This document shows positions 52,163 to 64,000 of a DNA stretch of 64,000 nt, one piece after another. The notes beneath the pieces are model-generated. The model did not search any database. It worked only from the letters and a program-made list of their open reading frames with translations, and was not told the origin of the DNA. The translations under genes were made by a program, and so were the position numbers. Position 1 is the first letter of the stretch. Every line of letters begins with the position of its first letter. Location of the stretch: positions 186,001 to 250,000 of the forward strand of contig NGBS01001162.1 of NCBI GenBank assembly GCA_002245135.1, in the 5' to 3' direction. This DNA is from Proteromonas lacertae (lineage: Eukaryota).

Positions 52163-55100
52163 ATGCAATTTCTCACCAAAAGAGTTATTTTTAGGTTTAA
52201 TGTATTTGTTTTCAAAATAATTATATCATAGAAGATTCGTTATGCTACTTTTTACAATACATCAATTGTTTTAAGACAAAAATCAAATTCATTGGTTGTT
52301 ATGAATAAAAATAAATCTCAAATTAAACGATACACAGAGGATGAAGTTCCTACACCTGGAGTATTTAAGCCAATTATCTTTTCATTAGGTTCAATTAGAA
52401 ATGATGCAAACTGTAGGTGATATGATGGCTTATTTCAGATTACCAAGTCAAGAAGATTATGATAATTCACGTATTGAAATATTAATACTATAATTATTAA
52501 TAGAGTATAATATTGATCCAGAGAATTATAAAGACACGCATATAAATGGTGCGGGATGTAAACCTGATGTTTTTATATATAATAAATTAATTCGTATTTA
52601 TGGTTCCAAAGGAAATATAAAAGAAATGGAGAGTACAATGATAGAATTAAAATCAAAATTTCAACCGAATATTCAAACTTATTCATCATTGTTATACGGT
52701 TATTCAAAATTAGGAATGATTAATAAAGCAATAGGAATAGTAAAACAAATGAAATCTCAAAATATAAAACCAAATAAATACATGTATATTGTTATTAGTT
52801 TATTTTATAGTTATAATTTGTTAATTCAAACATATATTAATGGAAATGATATAGAAACTGCATTTAAACTATTTCCACTAATGGAAAAAGATGGAATCAA
52901 ACCAGATATAATCATATTCAGCTCATTAATTCAAGGATGTATAAAGAATCGATTGTATGAAAAAGCTTGGGAAGTGTTTGATAGAAGTAGAATTTATTAT
53001 TCCCTCCAAGCTGATTTGATAACATATACACAAATGATATATATTTGTGGACAAGAAGATAAACCAGAAAAAGCAATGAATTTATTTGATGAATTATCAA
53101 CATTTGACATAAGACCAAATAGAAGAATATATAATACATTAATGTATTGTTTAAGTAAAAGTTATGAATATGAAGCAGCTGCTTTCTTATATTATGATAG
53201 AATGAAAGCTAATAAAATAACTCCAAATATTTACACATTAAATATTTTATTACATAGTTGTACAGTAAGAGGTGATATAAATCGTGCAGAAAGTGTAATG
53301 AATGACTTTAAAATATATCATATTAAACCAGATAAAAGGACTTATTGTGAGTTATTGAATAGTTATGGTAAAAGTTGTTTATTAGGTTTGCCACCTAATG
53401 TTGAAGTTGATTTATTAACAAGATATGATAAAACACAAAAAAGACCTTTATCTCCTTATATTAAAGATATATTGAAGAGATCTGATATTACAATGAATTT
53501 AGAAAAGAGAGAAGAAATTGAACAAAGTATAATTACTCTAATTTATTATTGAAAATAGTTATACAAGAGAATAATAAAATGAAAAAGAAAAAAGAAATAG
53601 AAGAAGAAGAGAATGACAATAATACTGATATAGAAAAAATAGAAAATCATCCAATGAAAGATTTAATATTAAATTCCAATAATATTGATGAAATAGAACA
53701 GAAATATAAAGATGCAGAAACAAGAGTTAAACAAAAGAGAAACAATGAAATGCTACAGAATTTAGTAGGAAGTGGATTTAATGATAAATTGGTGGAAGTA
53801 AATGCAATTAATACAATTGAAACTTGGGATAAAGAGATTGAAAGATTATGGAATGAAAATGAGAATAATAAAACCAACAGTAGTAGTAATAATGTTGAAT
53901 GGTCTAAGAGAATAGAAGCAAAATTCAAAGAAGAAAGTGAATTGAATCAAAAAAGATCAGAAATACATTTGATATTGAATAATATAAAGAATAAAAGGAG
54001 TAAATTACCCATTGGATTTCAAACTGATAGAATAGAAGAGAAACTAACAGCATGTTCAAAATTCTTAAATAATTCACAGTTAAAGAGTTTAATTAAAGAT
54101 GGAATAAATTTAAAAGAAAAAGGTGAAATAGATCAATTAATAGAGAAATACACCCATATTCCATCATCTGAGTTATTGAATCATATAAAACTACCAAAAT
54201 ATCATCCAGTATCATTACAACCAGATGAACAGAAGAGTTTAAAACCAAAAGGTATTATTGTCGGCAAATATCTCTTTACTAATAATGATTTAACTGTTAT
54301 TAGAAATGCTCATAATATAATTAAACCAAAGATTAGAGATTATTTATATGAACAACCTGATTTATTTGTGAGTGGCTTGTCAGATCCGTTGAAATTGAAT
54401 TGTATTAATTTACCAATTGATGATCCTGGAAAGTTATGGGAAAAAGCAAAAATGGAAATGATGAAACAACAACAACAACAACAAGCCAAGCCTTTGAATG
54501 AATCTAATAGTAACAATAAGAATAGTGAGATTAAGCCACTGTTAGAATGTACTCAAAATGGTGATGAATATAGTGAATTAATTGCCAATAATAAATTCAA
54601 AGTTAAATTCAACCAATCAGAAAACTGATAATAATAATAATAATAATAATAACATAAAAGATAATATAAAAATATTAACATCTCAAAATCAATTGAACAA
54701 TTTAAATCCGTTGAAAAGAAAGATTAGAGGAAGACCAATTAGAAAACAGAGAAGAAATAGTATAACTGACAAATTCAAAAATGATTTAATGAATTATAAT
54801 ATTAATAATAATAATAACACAACATCATGGTCATTATTAGATAAATATCATTATAATGAATATCCAAATGTTGTAAAAGAAAGGAAAATAGAAAATTTAG
54901 CAGAAACGACAGCCAATGAATTATTAAAAGCAATAGAACCTGAAAAGAATTCGCCTCTTCCAAAGTATTTAAAAGAAGGTGAAAAAATAAGTATAAAAAA
55001 TGAAAGAGAATTAGAAGAACAACTGAATAGTGATATAATGAAATTACACTCCAAGAAAATCACTCCTGAAGAGATGAAAGATATATTAAACCGTCAAAAG

Positions 55101-55871
55101 AATCGTCAATTCAAACAACAAGAAACTAAACAAAATGAACAATTGAAGAATAGACAATCAATAATAACATCCATTCTGCAAAGAGCCAATAATGTTCCTA
55201 TATTGAAGAATAGTGATTTATCATTATTAAGTGATAAACACTATAAAATGTATTGTATGTTGAGATCTCATCAAATATTGAGTGAAGCTCTACAGTATAT
55301 ATAAACTATTATATTATATTATTAGAGAAATGAAACCAGATGTGTATTTATTAAACTCCTATTTAAATGTTTTTGCCTCTGCTCATAAAATCAAAGAAAG
55401 TGAAATGATTTTGACTTATTTTCCTATTTATAATATTTCGCCTGATTCTATGACTTATCATCATTTAATTGAGTTGTATACTAATACTGGCTTCCTTGAA
55501 AGAGCATTGGTTTTGAGAAATGCAATGAAAAATCAAAATATTAAAGTGTTGAAAAGAACCAATGGTGTTTTAGTTCAAAGATTAACTGAAGAAGGTGAGA
55601 TAGGTGAGTCTTTGAAGATTTTAACAGAAGTGAAAGAGAAAGATATTGGCTCTTATCCTAATGAAAACCATTTACACTTGCTTAGGAGAATATGTAAAGT
55701 ATATTTTTGAATATTCTAACATTTATATAGGAACATCATTTGGATCATCCTGGACTAACTCCTGATCCATTTGAATGGCAAAAGAATGCCAAAAAGTACT
55801 GGAAGAAGAGAGGTAATAAGAAATCTCATAGAATACTGAACCATATGCACCATATTTCACAGAAAAGTTAG
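52163..55871 (+). CDS. Pentatricopeptide-repeat protein with a predicted mitochondrial/MRO presequence; +1 frame break at 54580-54628
   Basis: N-terminus MQFLTKRVIFRFNKIRYATF is basic with no acidic residues. Tandem 35-aa repeats (PD...YN.LI..Y...G...A...M...I.P) at both ends flank a long low-complexity insert. Confidence 0.82.
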
Positions 55872-56053
55872 ATAAATAGTTTATAACTTATTTTCTTATC
55901 GTTTGTTCCCTGTTCTACATTGAAATTGATTTGATTTACCTGAAATTTTTAAGAAAAAATTGCCGGAATTAAATTATACATTATCATAATAAAAATTAAC
56001 TGCAGTCATTAAGACTTTTCTATTATAATTTTATTTTAAATTACTTGAGTCTA

Positions 56054-56060
56054 TCAAGCC
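56054..56060 (+). promoter_or_regulatory. Candidate core-promoter element TCAAGCC
   Basis: 59 nt upstream of ATG 56120; recurrent motif. Confidence 0.4.
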
Positions 56061-56119
56061 TAATTTTTCGTTATTTATTTATACTTGAAAACAACATCAT
56101 TTAAATATTTATTAGTAGT

Positions 56120-58580
56120 ATGGGTCAAAGTCATAGCCATGGAGCAGTACCTTACCAAGCTTACTTAGGCTTTGGAGTTGATGATCAAGTACAACTTGTT
56201 CACAGGAAAGATAAAATCATTTTACAGTCATTTAAACACAAAGATATAATCAATTCACTATATGCAAAAGGAGTACCTGATCCTTCTACCTATGTATTAA
56301 TTTTTTTAGTTTATTGTGTTATGTGTAGACAAAAAAGGTGGTGCCAAAATTAGACAGTGATAAGCAGTTTATTTTCAGCTCAATATCGAAGTATTATTTG
56401 TTTAAAACTTACGATTTGTATTTTATCACATTATTATAATCATTTATAGTTCTGAGTCAAACCTACTAATCAATGCAATGGAAAAGGTGGTAAGAAATCC
56501 AAGAGAAGTACTTATAGCTCAAGGGGATGAAGGAGATTTTTTCTATATCCTTGAAGAAGGTCATTGTGACTGTTTTATAGATAATAAGAAAGTATGTGAA
56601 TACAACTGTGGTGATGGATTTGGTGAATTAGCTTTACTGTACAATATTCCAAGAGCAGCAACAATAAAAACAACATCACTTTGTACATTGTGGTTTTTAG
56701 ATAAAAAGACATTTATATATTCAATGACTACTCATTATGCTAATTTAAATCTAAAAGTAAAGAATTTTGTATCGAATATTGATTTATTTAAAAGTTTTAA
56801 TGATGAACAGATTGATAATATAACCAAACAAATAGAAGTTACGCAATATAAAACTAACGACACTATAGTGATAAAAGGTGAAACAGGTCAAATATTTTAT
56901 ATAATAAAAGAAGGAATATGTGTTTGTACTGATATAGGTAATGTAGGAGGTGAATTAGAATTGAAAAGTGGTGATTATTTTGGTGAACGAGCTTTACTCT
57001 TTGATGAACCTCGAGCAGCTAATGTAATATGTAAAACAGATGCAACTGTATTAGCATTGAACAAAGAAACGTTTAAGGAATATTTTGAACCAATAAAAAA
57101 TATATTTATTAATAATTTACCTAAATATGTTCTAACATCTTTACCTCAATTTAATAATCACTGTTCGAAAGAACAAAGAGATCAAATTATACAACGAACA
57201 AAAGAAAAAACATACCAAGCAAATGATGTAATCTGTAAACAAGGAATTGAATGTGATGGATTTTATATTATTAAAGAAGGATCAGTTAAACTACAATGTG
57301 ATTCATCAGTTAGCCCAGCATTAGCAGGTTTACCACCCAAAATATATAAGAAGGGAGATTATTTTAATGAAAATATTTTTGCATGTCCAGAAAAGAAGTA
57401 TATATATATATTATTATATCTATTAAAAATAGTATTGGAACATTCATAGCAATAGAAAAGACAATATTAGTAGTAGTTACACATGATGTGTTTACATCAA
57501 TCACTCAAAATAACAGAGTTGCAGTATCTTCACGAAGATTCACTAATCCAGAACAAAAAGGATCAGAAGGAGAAAATCCAGATGACTCTCCAATAGCTGA
57601 AAGTGTGGATGATTATAATATAGTTAGAATACTAGGTTCAGGTTCATATGGTGTAGTGAAATTAGTAGAATATCAAGGTGAAGTATATGCAATGAAAGTA
57701 TTATCAAAGAGAAGAATTGTTGATCAAAATCAACAGAATAATGTAATGAATGAGAAGAATATATTAATGAGATGCCATCATCCATTTATCCAACGATTAT
57801 ATGCAACTTATAAAGATCAATGTGCTTTGTATATGTTATTACCATTCTTACAAGGAGGAGAATTATTTAATTACATGTGGAACAATGCAGAAATGTCAAG
57901 TACAACAGCAAAATTCTATTCAGGTTGTGTTATTAGTGGATTAGCTTATTTACATGAAAGAAATATAATCTATCGAGATTTAAAACCTGAGAATTTGATG
58001 ATAGATCGTGATGGATATGTTGTAATTGTTGATTTTGGTTTTGCAAAAGAAGTTCAAGATAAAGCTTATACTCTATGTGGTACACCTCAATATATGGCTC
58101 CTGAGATTGTTGTAGGTAAAGGACATAATAAAGCTGTTGATTATTGGGCTTTAGGAGTGTTGATTTATGAAATGTTGTGTCATAATAATCCCTTTGGTGG
58201 AAGAGTAAATAATAGTCATTTAGCAATGTGTAGAAATATTATGAGAAGTTTTTATTCATTCCCTACTACTATGACTGATAGTATATTTATAATTAATATA
58301 ATTCTTTGTAGATAGTGCAAAAGATTTAATTGGAAGATTATTACAGACAGATCCTTCAAAAAGGTTTGGTTGTTTGAGGAATGGATCGAATGATATTAAG
58401 AATCACATATGGTTTAAAGGATTTGATTGGGATAAATTGAATAATCGGCAAGTGGAGCAAGTTCCATGGGTTCCTGTATTGCATGGTACTTCAGATACAT
58501 CTAATTTTGAAATGATGGATGATGATCATGAGATTATGGAGCCATTCTATGGAGAAACTGCATGGGCAGATGATTTTTAA
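56120..58580 (+). CDS. Cyclic-nucleotide-regulated AGC kinase, PKG-like architecture (3 CNB + kinase), paralog 1 (4 introns)
   Basis: MGQSHS N-terminus; CNB cassettes FGELALLYNIPRAAT and FGERALLFDEPRAAN plus a degenerate third CNB; kinase motifs GSGSYG, AMK, YRDLKPEN, DFGFAK, TLCGTPQY; ends WADDF. Confidence 0.9.
56874..57028 (+). repeat. 155-bp perfect direct repeat shared with 59673-59827 (CNB-B coding region)
   Basis: Base-by-base identity at an offset of 2799 within otherwise diverged paralogs. Confidence 0.9.
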
Positions 58581-58917
58581 TTGTGAATAATGTTATTTGG
58601 ATATTATTTTCCTTTGTAAATTGAATAGAATAAAAAGAATTTCTATTAGTTGTAGATTTAAATGTATTGTATTGTGTATTGGTTTGAGTTGATTAAAATA
58701 AGAAAATACAATAAAAGTCTTTACAATAACTAATAAACTAAATTCATCTTCATTAACTTCTATTTCAACATAAAAGCAATACATATTAGCAGTAAACAAT
58801 ATTCAAACCGTGATACCATCTTAATATCTTTATTATCATCATACAGTGTTTTGAGACGAAAAAATCTTAAAAACTGTTTCTTATTATTTTCATCCATAGA
58901 TCTTATTTTTAGCAAAT

Positions 58918-61349
58918 ATGGGCCAATGTATGTGTCGCAGTCAACCTGTATCTAGAGAAAACACCAATAGAAATAACTCAATCAATGATGAGAAAGCTCA
59001 TGAGAAAGATCATTTAGTTTTAGAAGCGGTAAAACATAAAAGAGCTGCTAATATTCTATACGGAGAGAGTTTGCCTGATAATTCTGATTTTGTATAGAAT
59101 TATATATGATTAGCTTTCTTATAGACTAAAAAAGTTATTTCTAAAAATGATAGTGAGAAAAGATTTATTTATGCAGCTTTAACAAAACATTTTTTGTTCA
59201 CTACTTTAGATGTGTATATGTCTAATATATTTATACAATATTTAATAGTCAAGAAACATTAGACGTAATAAATGCTATGGAAAAGGTAGAATATGAACCA
59301 GACTCAACAATAATCAACCAAGGTGAAAATGGTGATTATTTCTATTTTCTTCAAGAAGGTCATTGTGAATGTTTTGTGGATGAAAAAATGGTATGTGAAT
59401 ATAACAACGGTGATGGATTTGGTGAATTAGCTTTACTCTACAATGCACCAAGAGCTGCATCAATAAAAACAACAACTAAATGTATTCTATGGATGTTAGA
59501 CAGACAAACCTTCAGATATACATTAGCCTACCATAATTTAAAAGTTGCTAAAGATTGTAGAAATGCTGTAAAGAATGTGAAGTTATTAGAATCTTTAACA
59601 GACGATCAAATTACTAAATTGACACAGACAATTGAGATTGTTCAATATAAAGCAGGTGATACAATTATAATTAAAGGTGAAACAGGTCAAATATTTTATA
59701 TAATAAAAGAAGGAATATGTGTTTGTACTGATATAGGTAATGTAGGAGGTGAATTAGAATTGAAAAGTGGTGATTATTTTGGTGAACGAGCTTTACTCTT
59801 TGATGAACCTCGAGCAGCTAATGTAATTAGTAGAACTGATACAACATTAATGGCAATAGAAAGGAAAGCATTTAGTGAAATCATTGGTCCATTGAAAGAT
59901 ATATTAGAGAATAATATTGCTATTTATGTATTAAGATCTTTACCACAATTGAATCATTGTTTAAAACAAGAAATTCAACAATTAATTAACTCTATTGAAA
60001 GAAAAGATTATAGTGAAGGTGAAATTATTTGTAGAATGGGTGTTGAATCTGATGCATTTTATATAGTTAAAGAAGGATCAGTAAGGTGTGTATATGATGA
60101 TACAAGTAAGAAGAATGATGACAAAGAGAAGATATTAAACAAAGGTGATTACTTCAATGAAAATGTGTTTGTTTCTTCTGATAAAAAGTATTATTTATTT
60201 ATTTATTTATTATTCTTTATATATAGTGTTGGAACATTTACAACATTAGAGAAATCTACATTATATGTAATATCGAAAGATAAATTTTTAAGAATATTAG
60301 GATCAAAAAATACAAAGAATTTATCCAGATTAAGACAAAGAAGAAGTGTTGCTGAATTGACAAGTATTGATCCAAATCTTCAATCACTACCAATTACAGA
60401 TTATATTCAATTAAGAACTCTAGGTGCTGGTACATTTGGTAAAGTAAAATTAGTAAGATGTGAAGGAAGAGAAGACGAAATATTTGCTATGAAAGTGTTG
60501 AAGAAAAGAGTAATAGTGAAATTACATCAAGAAAACAATATCATGAATGAGAAGAATATCTTAATGAGATGCCATCATCCATTTATCCAACGATTATATG
60601 CAACTTATAAAGATCAATGTGCTTTGTATATGTTAATACAGTTTATTCAAGGAGGTGAATTATTTAATTTATTATGGAATAAAGGTGGAAGAGTTAATAT
60701 TCCAGATGCTACATTCTACAGTGCTTGTGTATTGAGTGGTTTATCATATTTACATGATCAAAATATTCTTTATAGAGATTTGAAACCTGAGAATTTGATG
60801 ATAGATCGTGATGGTTATATAATTATAGTTGATTTTGGTTTTGCAAAAGAAGTTCAAGATAAAACATATACACTATGTGGAACTCCAGAATATTTAGCTC
60901 CAGAATTAGTAGTTGGTAAAGGACATAATAAAGCAGTTGATTATTGGGCTTTAGGTATTTTAATATATGAAATGTTATGTGGTTTTTCACCATTCGCTGA
61001 TCGAGAAATGAATCGTCAAATGCAAATATGTAAGAATATAATGAGAGGAGAATTTGGTTATCCAACTGCTTTTAAGAGTGAGGTAGCAAAGGATTTAATA
61101 AAGAGATTATTAGAAGCTGATCCTGCTAAAAGACTTGGATGTTTAATGAATGGTGCTTCTGATATAAAGAATCATGAGTTTTATAAAGATATCGATTGGG
61201 TTACATTAGAGAATAGAGAAGTTGAAAAAATACCTTGGAAACCAAATCTTACTAATGAATTAGACACAACTAATTTTGATGATTTTGAAGATGAAGTAGA
61301 TACAATGGAACCTTATAATGGTGATTGTTCTTGGGCTGATACCTTTTAA
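58918..61349 (+). CDS. Cyclic-nucleotide-regulated AGC kinase, PKG-like architecture, paralog 2 (3 introns)
   Basis: MGQCMC N-terminus; CNB cassettes FGELALLYNAPRAAS and FGERALLFDEPRAAN; kinase motifs GAGTFG, YRDLKPEN, TLCGTPEYLAPE; ends WADTF. An in-frame 39-nt intron lies inside the listed ORF near 60188. Confidence 0.9.
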
Positions 61350-61456
61350 TTAATTACTATCTTTATCTATATATATATATATATCTTGTAAAGTATTATG
61401 TATTATTATTGTTGTTATTTTAAAATACAAAAGAGATAATATAAATATTAAACGAT

Positions 61457-63125
61457 TTACTTTTTAGTTTTTCTTCTCTTTCTATTTGGTGTTGTTTTTT
61501 CTATTATTTCATTATTTCTTTTCAAAACATCATTTACATTCTTAGGTTTTACAATAAACGAATCAATTGATAATATTTCATCTTTAGCAGCACATTGACA
61601 CGCCCACTGACCTGTAACACATGGAATTTTCCATTCATTTGCCTTTTTATACTTTTCTCCATTTGGTTGAGAGCAAATCAAATAATCATGAGTATTACTA
61701 AATGTTTCATCACATCTACCACCCAACGCACTTATTATATCTTTCAAATATTCTCTCTGAGCTCCTGTATATATTGAAATACTCATTTTAAAATCTCTAA
61801 ATATATTTGGATGAGGATAATATAATGAATCATCTTTTCTGTTAATTATTTTACTCTCTTTTATACATTTCTCCAACCATTTGTATGTTACTGTTCTAAC
61901 ATCAGTTAATAAAGGAATTGTGGTTGGTTGTTCCATATCTATTGCTTTACCACATATAATGTAATTTGAAATATGCATTGAATTTACAATTATTCCATTA
62001 CAAGATTCAACAATTTTCTTTATATTATTCTTCAATACGTCATTCTTTTCAAAGAATATTAAACTAATTTTCTTACCTTGAAATAGATCTGATTTAATTA
62101 TAGACGAAGGATTAGTAGATGAATTAGAAGATGATTTAAATGATACAGGATTTGATTTTGATAAATTCACTAAAGCTTTTTTTGGAATCCAAAAATGAGA
62201 TTCACTAGGAAAAATGAAATGCTTTTGTTCAATGCATTCCAAAAGCCAACTTAACTTCACACAAGTTATACTGCTTCTATCAATAATATCTTTCTGAGGA
62301 GGATAATCAATCAAACTATCTTCCAATATCACATAATTGATAATTGGTGAAATATCAGGAAAATAAATAATACACATTTTCCTACACAACATTTCAACAT
62401 TTTGATTAAATGAAGTTGATCCATATGAAGATACTATACAATGATCAAAACTCGATAAATCATTTTCATTTGAATTTATTGAGTTATTTATTGATTGAGA
62501 TAGTTTTATTGTGTCATTCTCTTCTTGCTTCGTGAGTTTATATGAATGGGTTGGAAGAGGATATTGTTTTTCGAATGAATCATATATCCATTTCGATGAT
62601 AAACATTCTATTGATGTATTTGGTTCTTCTTTGTTTCTTTTTGCCATTAATTCAGGAGTGGTAATGTAATGAGTTGTAAAACCTCTTGTATAAATGGTTG
62701 AAAATTCACCTCCTTCATCTGCTACTATTCTATTTATTTTTGATGTTTCATCTTCAGATAGTCCTTCTGCACAAATTATACACCCCATAAACACCGGAAG
62801 TTTAAATTTATCATATGTCAAAAGTGTTTCTGCTTTTAATGACTCTTCTATCCAATTTGGATGTACTATCGGGATTTTCAGTTTAACTGCTTCCTAAGAT
62901 TTAATTATAATTTCAATTGTAATATACTATGAATTTTTCTGATCCTGCATTCAATGCTAAAAGATGAGTAACAGAATTAGTTATATCATTTACTAATCTG
63001 CCTCCATTAGAAGTAATGGTCTTATTTAATTCATTCTAAAACAAATATAACTATAGCTTTTATACTTTTTCACTTTCTGACAGAGATGTAGTGCATATTA
63101 CTAGTTTATCAAATATTTTTGACAT
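61457..63125 (-). CDS. Multi-BRCT protein, TopBP1/Rad4(Cut5)/Dpb11-like (2 introns)
   Basis: About five BRCT repeats (GG....VTHL..GSEK..A....IPIV...WI.ES; F.G..IC..GL; LGG......HDYLIC....GEKY.KA.EW.IP.V...W); basic C-terminal NLS. Confidence 0.75.
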
Positions 63126-63373
63126 TTGATGATTTATTATTGGTTTATTCAAAACTAATATATGTTATACACAACGAAAAACAAAATACAATATAATACA
63201 CAATACGGAAATAAAATTGTATTTCAATTATCTTCATAATAATTATTAAAACAACCATAGTCCTTTTTCAATTAAAGTATTTATGGATATATAAACGAAT
63301 TAAATTAGAATAAAACATGATTTGAAATAATTTAAATAATATTAAAATACAAATTAATATTAAAACACATTTT

Positions 63374-64000
63374 CTAATCATCATCATCCTCTTCTTCTTC
63401 TTCAGCTCTTTTTCTCGCTGCTTCAGCTGCTAATTCTGCTTCTATTTCTTTCTCCTCAGCAATCACAGCTCTCATCAATTTCTCCTCTTCATCCATATCA
63501 GCAGTTTCTCTATTTTTCACCATTAATTCATATTCTAATAATTTTCTTCTTTCTTCTAATTCTTGCAATTTAGCTTGTTGCAACAGTCTTTGTTTCTTCA
63601 AAGCAGCTTGAATCAAATTCTCTACAGCCAATCGAGCAGTTTGAATCTTTGTTAATCTCTTCTGTATATTCTTATACAACCAAGGCATGAAATCTTCAGC
63701 AACAGCAACTTGCTTAATATCAACGAAATATCCTTCAGCTTGTAGTATATCCATCATATTCTTTCTAGCTTGAATTGCAAACTCTTTACCCATTTTAACA
63801 GCCATTATTTTATCCAATAATATCTTTTCTCTATCAACTCTTGCAGCTTCTCGTTTCATCAATCTCTGTCTTTCCTTATACTTTTCTATTTTCTTTCTTT
63901 CCATTTCTATTATTCTCTGTCTCTCATCTTCTCTTTGTTGATTTAATTCTGCTGTTCTTGCGATGATTGTAGCCATTTCTTCTTCTTCTTTAACTTCTGT
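63374..64000 (-). CDS. RSP3: Radial spoke protein 3 (3' part; 5' end outside the window)
   Basis: EVKEEEEM ... KI.A ... L...GYF.D.....V...FMPWL...I...L....AR..V..LI matches the conserved RSP3 C-terminal region. Confidence 0.78.
   Translation of the reverse strand, partial: TEVKEEEEMATIIARTAELNQQREDERQRIIEMERKKIEKYKERQRLMKREAARVDREKILLDKIMAVKMGKEFAIQARKNMMDILQAEGYFVDIKQVAVAEDFMPWLYKNIQKRLTKIQTARLAVENLIQAALKKQRLLQQAKLQELEERRKLLEYELMVKNRETADMDEEEKLMRAVIAEEKEIEAELAAEAARKRAEEEEEDDDD

Noticed and set aside
1..64000. Prokaryotic features (operons, CRISPR, rRNA, tRNA)
   Set aside because: The sequence has spliceosomal introns and eukaryote-specific genes throughout, and no such elements were recognised by eye. 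A tRNAscan/Infernal run would be needed to exclude small RNAs.

Overview
Eukaryotic, strongly AT-rich and gene-dense window. I can model about 21 protein-coding loci (two cut by the window edges, one a decayed duplicate), split by very short GT-AG introns of about 25-52 nt; intergenic gaps are as short as 56 nt. This gene structure resembles Blastocystis/Proteromonas-type gut stramenopiles (inference only). Housekeeping genes flank the window: a WD40 protein, VPS72, a cytosolic carboxypeptidase, Mis18, COG2, a TLDc protein, Pol lambda, an arylsulfatase, SLC35F, a PPR protein, two tandem CNB-kinases, a TopBP1-like protein and RSP3. A central ~33 kb block holds a truncated duplicate, a ~4,500-aa Ig/PA14/HRM type-I surface protein, a ~4,830-codon UBL-6xAAA-vWA giant, and a pseudokinase-LRR gene head-to-head with the AAA gene. 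Most notable: (1) an apparently catalytically dead ArgJ/ornithine acetyltransferase fold fused to an unknown NLS-bearing domain; (2) four otherwise intact genes that each carry one reading-frame break (three +1 shifts, one in-frame TAA) which normal introns do not repair cleanly, so these are recoding, recent mutations or assembly errors; (3) a recurrent TCAAGCC element just upstream of start codons; (4) PKG-architecture kinases with cAMP-type PRAA cassettes and gene-conversion tracts. I recognised no rRNA, tRNA, CRISPR array or transposase. All gene models were spliced by eye and no database searches were run.
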